Part shown: in pieces, positions 1 to 10,979 of the stretch | How the letters are laid out: every line of letters starts with the position of its first letter | Numbering within the stretch: position 1 is the stretch's first letter | NCBI RefSeq assembly: GCF_000196355.1 | Contig: NC_007614.1 | Coordinates: 2,760,001-2,792,000, forward strand | DNA from: Nitrosospira multiformis ATCC 25196 | GTDB taxonomy: Bacteria; Pseudomonadota; Gammaproteobacteria; Burkholderiales; Nitrosomonadaceae | Direction of reading: 5' to 3' | DNA length: 32,000 nucleotides | The notes under the pieces: generated by a model | Databases searched by the model: none | Seen by the model: only the letters and a program-made list of their open reading frames with translations | What the model was told of the DNA's origin: nothing | Position numbers and translations under genes: made by a program

Positions 1-653
1 TTACTCAATGTATGCGGACTGACCGGCACCAGCGCAACCAGATCGAGGCTCGGATGGAGTATGGGACCGCCTGCCGACAACGCATACGCCGTCGAGCCCG
101 TTGGCGTGGCAACAATCAGGCCGTCGGAACGCAGCAAACAAACATATTCATCATTGATGCGCACTTCAAATTCGATCATGTTGCCGCCGATTCCCCGGTT
201 GACAGCCACGTCGTTCAGCGCCAGACCACCGAAGGTGGTGACATTGCTGCGCGCCACCTCCGCGTAGAGCAGCATGCGCTGTTCCGTAATATATCGACCT
301 TCGAGTATGGCACCAAGCGTTTGCTGCATGGTAACAATGGACAGGTCTGTAAGAAAGCCGAGGCGTCCCTGATTGATGCCGACCAGCGGCACATTGAAGG
401 GCGCAAGCTTCCGCGCGATATTGAGCATGGTACCGTCCCCGCCCAGGACGATTGCGAGGTCGGCGCGGCTGCCAATCTCCTCCATGGCTACAGCTGGATA
501 GCTGTCCTCATCCATGCTTGCAGCGGTGAGGTTGTCGAGCAGCACGGTCAGGTTCCGGCTTTGCAGATAGCGCGCCAAACTCGACAACGGTGTTACGATG
601 CCGGGGTTCTTGTGCTTGCCTATCAGTGCTATTGTCTGGAAGGAAGAACTCAT
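1..653 (-). CDS. nadK: NAD kinase, partial (C-terminus beyond window start)
   Basis: Minus-strand translation from ATG at 653 reads MSSSFQTIALIGKHKNPGIVTPLSSLARYLQSRNLTVLLDN...ADLAIVLGGDGTMLNIARKLAPFNVPLVGINQGRLGFLTDL...VATPTGSTAYALSAGGPILHPSLDLVALVPVSPHTLS; contains the GGDGT and NQGRLGFLTD motifs of NAD kinases. Not in the ORF track because it is open at the edge. Confidence 0.95.
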   Translation of the reverse strand, partial: MSSSFQTIALIGKHKNPGIVTPLSSLARYLQSRNLTVLLDNLTAASMDEDSYPAVAMEEIGSRADLAIVLGGDGTMLNIARKLAPFNVPLVGINQGRLGFLTDLSIVTMQQTLGAILEGRYITEQRMLLYAEVARSNVTTFGGLALNDVAVNRGIGGNMIEFEVRINDEYVCLLRSDGLIVATPTGSTAYALSAGGPILHPSLDLVALVPVSPHTLS

Positions 654-907
654 TCTATTGAATACCTTAGCTGCTTCTGCTATCTCCGAGCCGCGAAATG
701 GCTCTTCTCCTGCCGAGATTAAACCATATCGGCAGGAAGGTGACAAAGGGTTCCCATGGAAGGATCGGCCTTCCCGCCGACTCTATCCTGCTCATGCCGC
801 AAATCCTTATGGAATCTTTTCACTCGATTGAAGCTCAAAAGATGAGGTGCTGTTCCTTTTCGCGGGAACAGAAGGCTTAAAATGAAATCCTGGTGTAGAA
901 TATCCGA

Positions 908-1927
908 ATGCTGAACAAACGCGCACAGATTTTGCTTAAGACCCTGGTGGAACGCTATATAAGCGAAGGCCAGCCGGTGGGGTCGCGCTCGCTCTCAAAA
1001 TTTTCCGGGCTGGACCTCAGCGCGGCCACGATTCGAAATGTAATGGCGGATCTCGAGGACATGGGCCTGGTTGCCAGCCCCCATGCCTCTGCCGGCCGCA
1101 TACCTACTCATCAGGGCTATCGCTTTTTTGTGGATACGCTGCTGGTGGTCAAACCTCTGGATGTCATCGAGATTCATCAATTGCAGGATCAACTCCATCC
1201 GGATAATCCTTCACGGTTGATCAACTCCGCCTCGCAATTGCTCGCCGAACTCACCCGCTTTGCCGGAGTAGTAGTCAGCCCCAAGCGCAATAGCGCCATA
1301 TTCCGTTATATAGAATTCATGTCGCTGTCGGAAAAACGCGTTCTGCTCATCATTGTCACCCCGGAAGGAGACGTTCAAAATCGCGTGCTTTTCACCGACA
1401 GGAATTACAGTCAGTCTGAACTGACGGAAGCGGCGAATTTCATCAACCACAATTATGCCGGTTGCGCCATTGATGAGATCCGCACCCGCCTGCAAAGTGA
1501 ACTCAAGCAGTTGCGCCAGGACATGACCTCGTTGATGACCGCCGCCATCGATGCGGGCGATGCGGCAATCAGAGAAAACAGCGAGGCTGTAATAGTGGCT
1601 GGTGAGCGCAAGCTTCTGGATGTGCAGGATTTATCCAGCAATATGGCAAGCCTGAAAAAGCTGTTCGACTTGTTCGAACGCAAGACCGCGTTGCTGCAGT
1701 TGCTGGAATTCAGCCGCAAGGCGGAAGGTGTGCAAATCTTTATCGGGGAAGAATGCGGAGTCGTCACCATGGATGAATTCAGCGTTGTTACGGCACCTTA
1801 CAGGGTGGATGGGAAAATGGTCGGTACGGTTGCCGTCATCGGCCCTACCCGGATGGCTTACGAGCGTGTCATTCCTGTCGTGGATATGACGGCAAGGCTG
1901 CTGTCGAGCGCATTGTCCCTGCATTAA
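908..1927 (+). CDS. hrcA: Heat-inducible transcription repressor HrcA
   Basis: 339 aa; [76 protein letters not shown] is the canonical HrcA N-terminus. Confidence 0.97.
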   Translation: MLNKRAQILLKTLVERYISEGQPVGSRSLSKFSGLDLSAATIRNVMADLEDMGLVASPHASAGRIPTHQGYRFFVDTLLVVKPLDVIEIHQLQDQLHPDNPSRLINSASQLLAELTRFAGVVVSPKRNSAIFRYIEFMSLSEKRVLLIIVTPEGDVQNRVLFTDRNYSQSELTEAANFINHNYAGCAIDEIRTRLQSELKQLRQDMTSLMTAAIDAGDAAIRENSEAVIVAGERKLLDVQDLSSNMASLKKLFDLFERKTALLQLLEFSRKAEGVQIFIGEECGVVTMDEFSVVTAPYRVDGKMVGTVAVIGPTRMAYERVIPVVDMTARLLSSALSLH

Positions 1928-1953
1928 TTAAGAATCTTCGGAATCCTCCCGCC

Positions 1954-3066
1954 GTGATTTCCCCTGGGTCTGCTCTCCATCAGGACATATCCAGCCGGAC
2001 TGGAGTCCTGCTGATCAATCTCGGCACGCCGGATGCGCCCACTCCAGAGGCGCTACGGCCTTATCTCAAGCAGTTCCTCAGTAATCCCCGCGTTATAGAA
2101 TTGCCACAGTGGCTGTGGTGGCCGATACTCAACGGCATCATACTCAACACCCGACCGAAAAAATCGGCGGAAAAGTATGCGCAGGTGTGGATGCCGGAAG
2201 GCTCACCGCTCAAGGTGCACACTGCCCGCCAGACCCGGCTACTCCAGGATTTCCTGGGAAAACGCCTTCATTCCGCGCCGGTGGTGCAATATGCAATGAA
2301 CATAGGCAATCCTTCGGTAGCTGAAATGCTGGAGCGCTTCCGGGAACAGGGTTGCGACCGACTGCTCGTACTGCCGCTCTATCCCCAATACGCTGCCAGC
2401 AGTACTGCTTCAGCCTTCGATGAGATATTCGCGCAACTGGCGAAGCTGCGAAATATTCCCGCTGTGCGCACAGTGAAACACTATCACGATCATCCAGGAT
2501 ACATCGCCGCGCTCGCGAATAACGTGCGCGACCACTGGGCGAGAGCGGGCAGGCCGGATAAACTCGTGATGAGCTTTCATGGCATACCCCGAGCGTCGGT
2601 GGACAAAGGAGACCCGTACCAGGATGAATGCCGGAAAACGGGCCTCTTACTGGCGGAGGCGCTGGAACTGGACGCAAATCAGTATCAACTCTGCTTTCAG
2701 TCCCGCTTTGGCAGAGCGGAATGGCTGAGGCCTTACACAGCGGACACCTTGGAGCAGCTAGGCAGGCAAGGAACACGGCGCATCGATGTCGTCTGCCCCG
2801 GTTTTGTCTCCGACTGCCTTGAAACACTTGAAGAAATCGCCATGGAGGGCAAAAACATTTTTATCCAGGCCGGGGGACACGAGTTCCATTACATTCCCTG
2901 CCTGAATGAACGCGATGACTGGATACACGCCCTAGGTGACATTACCCTTGCCAATCTGCAGGGATGGATGGGCCCGGGTTTTGAGGAGAAAGGGTCCGAC
3001 AAGGATGGGGAGGTTATCGGCTTATCGCAAGGGGAGGCATCCCCGACCGATAAAAATACCGATTGA
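1954..3066 (+). CDS. hemH: Ferrochelatase
   Basis: 370 aa; [35 protein letters not shown]...[20 protein letters not shown]...[16 protein letters not shown]...[16 protein letters not shown] matches ferrochelatase motifs. Confidence 0.97.
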   Translation: MISPGSALHQDISSRTGVLLINLGTPDAPTPEALRPYLKQFLSNPRVIELPQWLWWPILNGIILNTRPKKSAEKYAQVWMPEGSPLKVHTARQTRLLQDFLGKRLHSAPVVQYAMNIGNPSVAEMLERFREQGCDRLLVLPLYPQYAASSTASAFDEIFAQLAKLRNIPAVRTVKHYHDHPGYIAALANNVRDHWARAGRPDKLVMSFHGIPRASVDKGDPYQDECRKTGLLLAEALELDANQYQLCFQSRFGRAEWLRPYTADTLEQLGRQGTRRIDVVCPGFVSDCLETLEEIAMEGKNIFIQAGGHEFHYIPCLNERDDWIHALGDITLANLQGWMGPGFEEKGSDKDGEVIGLSQGEASPTDKNTD

Positions 3067-3144
3067 TGTGACAACCCTTTCCATTCCTTCTGCCTTTCTG
3101 AAGCATCCGCAAATCGGGTTCCGATTTGTCCGCTTGCGGTCTCT

Positions 3145-3804
3145 CTAGCGCGAACGGGCTGCAGCGCGGTTTTCGAGCCACCCCCGCATGAACTGGATCA
3201 CCCCGGGAAGGACGGAAATGATAATGATGCCGAAAATGAAGAAAGTCAGATTATTTTTTACTATCGGCACATTGCCAAAGAAGAACCCCCCGAACACGAA
3301 GAAACTGATCCAGAAAATGCTGCCGAAGGCGCTGTAAGCCATGAAACGGGGATAAATCATTTGTCCGATGCCTGCGACAAAGGGCGCAAAGGTACGGATG
3401 ATAGGCAGAAAACGCGCAAAGATGATTGTCTTTCCACCATGCCTGGCGTAAAAGGCCTCGGTTTTTTCCAGATGAGCGCGATTCAATAGGCGCGAATCAG
3501 TCCGCGTGAATATTCTCGGGCCGAAATAGCGCCCGATCCAATAATTCGTATTATCTCCGCAGAATGCGGCCAACATGAGGAGCGCTGCCAGTCCGGTTAC
3601 CTCCATCGCCCCTGTAGCTGCGATGGCGCCCGCGACAAACAGCAGCGAATCCCCTGGCAGGAATGGAGTCACCACCAAGCCTGTTTCACAAAAAATTATC
3701 AGGAACAGTATGAGATAAACCCAGCTGCCATAATTCTCCACCAGCCAGATCAGGTGTTTATCCAGGTGGAGGATGATGTCGATAAAGGTGGCAATAATTT
3801 CCAA
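3145..3804 (-). CDS. DedA-family (SNARE-associated/VTT) membrane protein; start uncertain (candidate TTG at 3804)
   Basis: LEIIATFIDIILHLDKHLIWLVENYGSWVYLILFLIIFCETGLVVTPFLPGDSLLFVAGAIAA...FARFLPIIRTFAPFVAGIGQM is typical DedA. The ORF-track extension to 4077 overlaps secF and is not believed; no ATG/GTG lies near the expected start. Confidence 0.88.
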   Translation of the reverse strand: MEIIATFIDIILHLDKHLIWLVENYGSWVYLILFLIIFCETGLVVTPFLPGDSLLFVAGAIAATGAMEVTGLAALLMLAAFCGDNTNYWIGRYFGPRIFTRTDSRLLNRAHLEKTEAFYARHGGKTIIFARFLPIIRTFAPFVAGIGQMIYPRFMAYSAFGSIFWISFFVFGGFFFGNVPIVKNNLTFFIFGIIIISVLPGVIQFMRGWLENRAAARSR

Positions 3805-3871
3805 AATGGACTGAATGGATATGAAAGGCCCCCCAGAGGGAAAAGCCTGAGTTTGATTTATGGATTCCGGT

Positions 3872-4804
3872 TCAAGGTACCGCTTCCGGTTCAGGCTTCT
3901 TTTCGGGTTTGACAATATCCTTGCGCGAAACACCCAATAGCATGAGAAGGGGGCTTGCGACCAGCACAGAGGAATAAATGCCGAACAGAATGCCGATGGT
4001 GAGGGCCAGAGCGAAGTAATGCAGGGATTCGCCGCCGAAAAGCAGCATCGATACAACGACCATCTGGGTGCTGCCATGCGTGATGATGGTACGCGACATG
4101 GTTCGGGTTATGGCATTGTCGATGACTTGCGCCACCGATGCCCGGCGCATTTTACGGAAGTTCTCGCGTATCCGGTCGAATACCACCACCGATTCGTTTA
4201 CCGAATACCCCAGAATCGCCAGTATGGCGGCAAGAACCGTGAGTGAAAATTCCCACTGGAAGAATGCGAAAAATCCCAGGATAATCACGACGTCATGCAA
4301 ATTGGCGATGATGCCGGAAACACCGAATTTCCACTCGAACCGCATTGCCAAATAAGCGACGATCCCCAGCGACACAATCAGCAAGGCCAGTGCGCCGTTT
4401 TCCACCAATTCCTTGCCCACTTGAGGGCCTACAAACTCTACCCGGCGCAACTCCGCCGTCTCATCATCCGCATGCAACGCGGCGATCACTGTCTCGGAAA
4501 GCTTTGCGCTCGACATGTCGGCCTTGGCTGGCAAGCGTATCAGCACATCCCGCGAAGTGCCGAAATTCTGCACGCTGGCGTCAGCCATTCCGAGCTTGAT
4601 CAAGGTGCCCCGGATGCGGTTGAGATCCGCCGGCTGGGTGTAGCTGACTTCCATGACCGTTCCGCCGGTAAAATCAACCCCCAGATTCAACCCCTTGGTA
4701 ACAAGGAAAAATACCGCCGCAATAAAAGTAACCAGGGAAATGGCCGTCGTATATTTCCCCCAGCTCATGAAAGGGATATCGCGCTTGAACCTGAAAAATT
4801 CCAT
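3872..4804 (-). CDS. secF: Protein translocase subunit SecF
   Basis: 310 aa; GLNLGVDFTGGTVMEVSY...YLAMRFEWKFGVSGIIANLHDVVIILGFFAFFQWEFSLTVLAAILAILGYSVNESVVVFDRIREN...ALTIGILFGIYSSVLVASPLL. Confidence 0.98.
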   Translation of the reverse strand: MEFFRFKRDIPFMSWGKYTTAISLVTFIAAVFFLVTKGLNLGVDFTGGTVMEVSYTQPADLNRIRGTLIKLGMADASVQNFGTSRDVLIRLPAKADMSSAKLSETVIAALHADDETAELRRVEFVGPQVGKELVENGALALLIVSLGIVAYLAMRFEWKFGVSGIIANLHDVVIILGFFAFFQWEFSLTVLAAILAILGYSVNESVVVFDRIRENFRKMRRASVAQVIDNAITRTMSRTIITHGSTQMVVVSMLLFGGESLHYFALALTIGILFGIYSSVLVASPLLMLLGVSRKDIVKPEKKPEPEAVP

Positions 4805-4847
4805 TGATGACCCTTATTTTCTCCAAAGGTACGCTTTTTTTTCGCTG

Positions 4848-6692
4848 TCAGCGCTTGTTGGTCACAGGCTTCCACACCTGCCCAATGGAAACCCGCTCCA
4901 GTTTGCGGCGGCTGCCGTATACCAGATTGACGAATCCGCGCGAGACCATCACCGCGCTGAACATAGAAGTCAGGATACCCAGGCACAGCACCACTGCAAA
5001 TCCCTTTATCGGGCCCGAGCCGAATGCAAACAAAGCGATACCCGCAATCAGGGTAGTGATGTTGGAATCGAGAATGGTCGCCCAGGCACGCTCGTAGCCA
5101 GCGTTTATCGCCGCCTGCGGCGCCATGCCCTCTCTCAGTTCATCGCGTATGCGTTCGTTGATGAGCACATTGGCGTCAATGGCCATCCCCAGGGTAAGCG
5201 CAATAGCAGCCATGCCGGGCAGCGTGAGCGTTGCCTGCAGAATCGAAAGCAGGCCGACCAGCAGCAGCAGGTTGACCCCGAGTGCCAATACCGAGATGAA
5301 GCCGAATACCAGATAATAGATGGTCATGAAGACGGCGATGGCGGCAAAGCCATAGAGCGTGGAGTTAAATCCGCTCTCGATGTTTTCCGCACCCAGGCTC
5401 GGGCCTACGGTTCGCTCCTCGACGATATCCATGGGAGCAGCCAGCGCGCCCGCGCGTAGCAGCAATGCCACATCCCGCGCTTCCTCGGAAGTCATGCGGC
5501 CGCTGATCTGCACCCTTCCACCGCCGATTTCTTCCCGGATCACCGGCGCGGTGATCACTTCGGCCTGGTTTTTCTCGATCAGCAGAATGGCCATGCGCTT
5601 GCCGACGTTATCGCGGGTAAGCTGCTGGAAAATGCGGGCTCCGCTGTTGTCCAGGTTGAGGTGCACCGCGGGCTGGTTATTATTGTCGAAGCCCGGCTGC
5701 GCATCGTTGATCCGGTCACCTGTCAGCACTACCTGTTTCTTTACCAGTAATGGCCCGCCTCCGCGTTCGCTGTACAGCTCGGAGCCAAAGGGAATCTGCC
5801 CTCTCAGTGCCGCGCTGAGGTCGTGTTCCTCGTCAACCATGCGGACTTCGAGTGTCGCGGTGCGCCCCAGAATATCCTTGGCTTTGGCGGTATCCTGCAC
5901 ACCGGGCAGTTGCACTACCACCCGGTCTGCTCCGGCCTGCTGAATGATAGGCTCAGCCACACCGAGCTCGTTGACACGATTGCGCAGGGTCGTGATGTTC
6001 TGCTGTACGGCGGCGTCCTGAATGCGCTTCTGTGCCTCCGGCCTCAACGTGGCCGCCAGATGGAACTCGGTGCTGACATTCTCTTCCCGTAAATCCAGGT
6101 CAGGATAGTTCTTTTTGATTTCCGCCTCTGCCTGCGCGCGCGATTCTGCATTGCGGAATTTGACGATGATCAGCGAGCCGCGCTTGTCGAGGCCTGCATA
6201 GGGAATTTTTTTCTCCCGCAAGCTGCCGCGGATATCGGAACTGAAGCGGTCAAGGGCTTTGGAGAGGGCGCCTTTCATATCCACTTCCAGCAGAAAATGG
6301 ACGCCACCGCGGAGATCGAGCCCGAGATACATCGGCAGTGCGCCTATACTGGTCAGCCACTGGGGAGAATTGGGCAGGAGATTCAGTGCCACCATGTAGC
6401 CATTGCCCAGCAGCGACTGCAGTGCGTCCCTTGCCCTGATCTGCGTATCGGTATCGGCAAAGCGTACCTTGATGCTGCCCCCCTCCAGAAACATGCCGGT
6501 AGTAGGGAGATCGGCTTTTTTAAGTGCCTCTTCGACGCGATTCAACAACCCGGTATCAGCCTTGGCCGCATTCCTCAGGGGCGAAATCTGCACCGCCGGC
6601 GACTCTCCATAGAAATTCGGGAGGGTATAGAGCAGACCAAGCAGTATCGAAACCGCGATAAAGAGGTATTTCCAGGCAGGATAGCGGTTCAT
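4848..6692 (-). CDS. secD: Protein translocase subunit SecD
   Basis: 614 aa; MNRYPAWKYLFIAVSILLGLLYTLPNFYGESPAVQIS...YLGLDLRGGVHFLLEVDMKGAL...ALTLGMAIDANVLINERIRDELREG; immediately upstream of secF. Confidence 0.98.
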   Translation of the reverse strand: MNRYPAWKYLFIAVSILLGLLYTLPNFYGESPAVQISPLRNAAKADTGLLNRVEEALKKADLPTTGMFLEGGSIKVRFADTDTQIRARDALQSLLGNGYMVALNLLPNSPQWLTSIGALPMYLGLDLRGGVHFLLEVDMKGALSKALDRFSSDIRGSLREKKIPYAGLDKRGSLIIVKFRNAESRAQAEAEIKKNYPDLDLREENVSTEFHLAATLRPEAQKRIQDAAVQQNITTLRNRVNELGVAEPIIQQAGADRVVVQLPGVQDTAKAKDILGRTATLEVRMVDEEHDLSAALRGQIPFGSELYSERGGGPLLVKKQVVLTGDRINDAQPGFDNNNQPAVHLNLDNSGARIFQQLTRDNVGKRMAILLIEKNQAEVITAPVIREEIGGGRVQISGRMTSEEARDVALLLRAGALAAPMDIVEERTVGPSLGAENIESGFNSTLYGFAAIAVFMTIYYLVFGFISVLALGVNLLLLVGLLSILQATLTLPGMAAIALTLGMAIDANVLINERIRDELREGMAPQAAINAGYERAWATILDSNITTLIAGIALFAFGSGPIKGFAVVLCLGILTSMFSAVMVSRGFVNLVYGSRRKLERVSIGQVWKPVTNKR

Positions 6693-6761
6693 GTTTTCGG
6701 AGTAGCCAGAGGAGGAGGAGAGTGCAGCGACCGCGCCATACGGCGTTTACAATAGTTTCAA

Positions 6762-7100
6762 TTATTCTTTTTCGATGGTATTCAATGTTCCCTTGGGGAG
6801 CAGGGTTTGAACAGAGGATTTCTGTATGACAATCTGCACATTCTCGGCAACCTGCAAGACGATGTAATTTCCACTGATCCTGGCTACCCGACCCAGCACG
6901 CCCGCCGCAGTCGCCACTTCATCCCCTTTTTGCAACGCCTCGATCATCAGCTTCTGTTCCTTGACACGCTTCGTCTACGGACGAATCAGCAACAGGTAAA
7001 ACACGACGAATATGGCGATCAGCGGGAGCAGACTCATGAAATCGGCTCCGGGCGGTGCGGCAGGTGCGGTGGCCTGAGCGTAGGCTGCACTAATCAACAT
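6762..7100 (-). pseudogene. yajC: Preprotein translocase subunit YajC, reading frame interrupted by an in-frame TAG at 6975-6977
   Basis: Minus-strand translation from ATG at 7100 gives MLISAAYAQATAPAAPPGADFMSLLPLIAIFVVFYLLLIRP*TKRVKEQKLMIEALQKGDEVATAAGVLGRVARISGNYIVLQVAENVQIVIQKSSVQTLLPKGTLNTIEKE. The frame is preserved across the stop; only the 61-aa C-terminal part (6762..6947) is in the ORF track. Position is canonical, between tgt and secD. Confidence 0.85.
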
Positions 7101-7139
7101 GACATTCTCCGGTAATGGGATAAAAAGAACGTGATTTTA

Positions 7140-8246
<1,107 letters not shown>

Positions 8247-8361
8247 TCAAGCTACTGAATATGGCAGTTTTATAGAAAGAAGACCAAGCAGTTTTTTAGA
8301 AGATAGCGCTATGACTGAAGGCAAACGATTCTGTCCGCGGAGTGTTATTCCAGGCTTTAAT

Positions 8362-9432
8362 CTATATCCCCTCTGCCCTTCCGATCAGCATCGCATCGCC
8401 AAAACTGAAAAAGCGATAGCGTTCTTTGATCGCATGCCGATACGCACACCGGATATTTTCGACGCCACCGAATGCGGACACGAGCATTAACAAGGTCGAG
8501 CGGGGCAAATGAAAGTTGGTCAGCAGGCAATCCACTACCCGGAACTGATAACCCGGCGTAATGAAAATATCGGTCTCGCCGGCTCCGCATTTTATCCGAA
8601 CGCCATCCCCATTATCCGCTTCCGCCCGCTCGCCCGCGAATGCTGCCGCGGCCTCCAGTGCCCTGAGCGAGGTGGTGCCCACTGCCAGTACCCGGCCGCC
8701 CTCGGCTTTCGCATGCCTAATGCATTCCACGGTTTCCGCAGAGACATAAAAAACTTCGCTGTGCATCCTGTGATCGGCAATATTTTCCACCCGCACCGGC
8801 TGGAAAGTGCCGGAGCCCACATGCAGCGTCACATGCGCCATCACCACACCCATTTTGCGCAACAACCCCAGCATGTGCTCATCGAAATGCAGTCCCGCCG
8901 TTGGAGCCGCCACTGCACCCGGTCGAGCCGCATAAACGGTCTGATACCGCAGCTCGTCGGATTTTTCCACGGGGCGCGATATATAGGGAGGCAAAGGCAG
9001 ATTGCCGTAACGTTCCAGCAACTCCATGACCCCACTCTCGTGCTCGAATTGCAGGATATAAAAACCGTGCTCACGGGACAGGACGGTGACCTCTATCGCA
9101 CCAGCAAGGAAAAGCTTCGATCCCGGTTTCGGTGAATGACTGGCGCGAATAGCAGCCAGCGCGCAATGGCTGTCCAGCACACGCTCCACCAGGACCTCGA
9201 CCCTGCCGCCGGTATCTCTCACGCCATACAGGCGCGCTTTGATGACGCGGGTATCGTTAAAGACAATCACGTCGCCGGGACGCAAATACGATGGAAGGTC
9301 GGCAAACATCCTGTCCTGCAGTGCGCCGCTTGTGGCGTCGAGATGCAGCATGCGGCTATTGCCCCGCTTCTCGGCCGGAAACTGCGCAATGAGTTCAGGA
9401 GGAAGGTCGAAGTCGAAATCCTGAATTTTCAT
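8362..9432 (-). CDS. queA: S-adenosylmethionine:tRNA ribosyltransferase-isomerase
   Basis: 356 aa; [28 protein letters not shown]...[18 protein letters not shown]...[14 protein letters not shown]...[16 protein letters not shown]. Confidence 0.98.
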   Translation of the reverse strand: MKIQDFDFDLPPELIAQFPAEKRGNSRMLHLDATSGALQDRMFADLPSYLRPGDVIVFNDTRVIKARLYGVRDTGGRVEVLVERVLDSHCALAAIRASHSPKPGSKLFLAGAIEVTVLSREHGFYILQFEHESGVMELLERYGNLPLPPYISRPVEKSDELRYQTVYAARPGAVAAPTAGLHFDEHMLGLLRKMGVVMAHVTLHVGSGTFQPVRVENIADHRMHSEVFYVSAETVECIRHAKAEGGRVLAVGTTSLRALEAAAAFAGERAEADNGDGVRIKCGAGETDIFITPGYQFRVVDCLLTNFHLPRSTLLMLVSAFGGVENIRCAYRHAIKERYRFFSFGDAMLIGRAEGI

Positions 9433-9528
9433 TGGACGTATTATACGGCAGCAGGAATCGCGCTACGGGTTGCCGCAAATGGGGTTTTCAGTGATAATGC
9501 CCCTCCTGTAAAGAACAGGAAAAGCTTT

Positions 9529-9615
9529 GCCGGGATGGCGGAATTGGTAGACGCACGGGACTCAAAATCCCGCGACCGCGAGGTCATGGGGGTTCGATTC
9601 CCCCTCCCGGCACCA
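9529..9615 (+). tRNA. tRNA-Leu (anticodon CAA), CCA encoded
   Basis: gccggga...tcccggc acceptor pair, discriminator A then CCA; anticodon stem-loop cggga-ctcaaaa-tcccg; T arm ggggg-ttcgatt-ccccc; 87 nt with a long variable arm (class II). Confidence 0.96.
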
Positions 9616-10074
9616 CTAGTTTACCTCTCAACCTATTACCTTCTCTCTTAAGCCCTTTATTTTGCTTTTTGGCTAGTCCTCTCACGAAATCATAGGTATC
9701 TCGACATACCGTTAATCTCATCGGTATTTTTGGCGGTACTTCAATATACCGCCAGCCTAGATACCCTAATGGGCCATTTACTCGCACTGCTGTCGGAAAA
9801 CCTTCTGGGAAGCCCTACAAACCAACTCACGGGAAAGAGCCATATCTGCTCGTTATCCGAAAATGCCGCCACAGATAGTCCGCGGCTTCCCCTGGTCAGA
9901 TTTTTTGACGGATCAAGCTCTTGAGAAACTAACTGTGACTGCCCTCGCATTATTGCATGCGTACTCGCATGATGTTTCTGTGCAAGGTGCTGGAACAGTA
10001 GAATTACAGGAGTTGGGGTGGGATTTCATTCGTAGCCGGGCAGGAATTAAAGATTGCAATAGCCGGGGGAGTGG

Positions 10075-10587
10075 TTAATCTCTGTCGCTTTCAATAAGGT
10101 TGCCGTCTTCATCAACCTTTATCTCAATCTTCGAACCATCGGTTTTTCTTACTTCGGCTGCATAAATCGATTTCAATCCGCCACCGACCGCTTCGGTTTT
10201 TTTCTTGATCTCTTCGATATTTCCGCTACCTCCATTTTCAGTTATCGTTTTTTGCACCTCTGCCGGAACATCGGACCACTCGATTTTTTCGTTCAAGAGC
10301 CCCGAGACGTCGTGGAATATAGTCCTTGGCGCGTTAGGGTAGGACACGATTCCTGTGGCATTGGGATTGGACGAGATCCCCTTCGCATTCGGGTCAGACG
10401 AGGTTCCTGTGGCGTTAGGGTCGGATGAAATCCCCTGGGCGCCGGGATTGGACGAGATCCCCTTGACGTTGGGGGAGGATACGATACCTGTAGCGTTAGG
10501 GTCGGACGAAATTCCCGTGGCGTTGGAGGGCGACACGATAAAAAATAGGGGTATAAGGGGGAATAATCTCACTATCAAGTGCTCCAA
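10075..10587 (-). CDS. Putative secreted protein: signal-like N-terminus, seven 9-aa repeats, C-terminal PepSY-like region
   Basis: The track start is a TTG; a GTG at 10572 preceded by GGAG is an alternative. Hydrophobic LFPLIPLFFIVSPSNA, then (N-A-T/K-G-I-S/V-S-D/N/S-P) repeats, then KIEWSDVPAEVQKTITENGGSGNIEEIKKKTEAVGGGLKSIYAAEVRKTDGSKIEIKVDEDGNLIE. Confidence 0.6.
   Translation of the reverse strand: MEHLIVRLFPLIPLFFIVSPSNATGISSDPNATGIVSSPNVKGISSNPGAQGISSDPNATGTSSDPNAKGISSNPNATGIVSYPNAPRTIFHDVSGLLNEKIEWSDVPAEVQKTITENGGSGNIEEIKKKTEAVGGGLKSIYAAEVRKTDGSKIEIKVDEDGNLIESDRD
10336..10524. repeat. Degenerate 27-bp tandem repeat, 7 units, inside the putative PepSY-like CDS
   Basis: Translated minus frame is NATGISSDP-NATGIVSSP-NVKGISSNP-GAQGISSDP-NATGTSSDP-NAKGISSNP-NATGIVSYP. 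The nucleotide repeat is visible as ...ggaatcgtc/ggacgagatcccc... with 27-bp spacing. Confidence 0.9.
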
Positions 10588-10979
10588 GCGAAGATAGCTG
10601 ATCGACCTGAAAAAATCTGTAGCAGTTCAGGCTTAATCTGCCAGGTATTGATGTCCTTATTGACGCTAACCGGAGGAAGTCCAATCCCCGGAATCGAGTT
10701 GAAGAAGCAATCGAGATGGCAGTGGCTGCATTTGAGTCATGACGCAAAGAAGAGAAGAGCAAATTTACCGAGCAGGAGATTCTTTTGCCCTAAAGGAGGG
10801 TGAGGTTGCCACGCCAGTTGAAGGAGTTCGAATTCCTATACTTCTGATCGGTGCTGATTTCGAGGCGAACGCCACACACCGAAATTCTACTAACGATTTT
10901 GCTAAATCCTGAGGGACGAGGTCAGTACGACCGCAAACTCTGCTTACGCAGCCGCACAGACAATAAAACTTTTTGTCAA

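Noticed and set aside
12-722. 236-aa plus-strand ORF
   Set aside because: Antisense to nadK, whose minus-strand frame is open with full NAD kinase motifs; the plus translation has no recognisable family.
860-907. CIRCE element (TTAGCACTC-N9-GAGTGCTAA) upstream of hrcA
   Set aside because: Looked for but no such inverted repeat is visible before the hrcA start.
3805-4077. N-terminal extension of the DedA ORF to 4077
   Set aside because: Overlaps the secF 3' end and the sequence MAAPRWSLYRCCF... is unlike any DedA N-terminus.
4295-6755. Long plus-strand ORFs (4295..4807, 4653..5459, 5359..5943, 6297..6755)
   Set aside because: All antisense to secD/secF; typical shadow ORFs of GC-rich coding DNA.
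9732-9753. Inverted repeat ggcggta...taccgcc downstream of tRNA-Leu
   Set aside because: Only a 7-bp stem without a U-run; not enough to call a terminator or operator.
9584-9787. 67-aa minus ORF next to tRNA-Leu as a possible integrase remnant
   Set aside because: It overlaps the tRNA 3' half and carries no tyrosine recombinase motif.
10336-10524. CRISPR array
   Set aside because: The 27-bp units are contiguous with no spacers and keep an open reading frame, so this is a coding tandem repeat.
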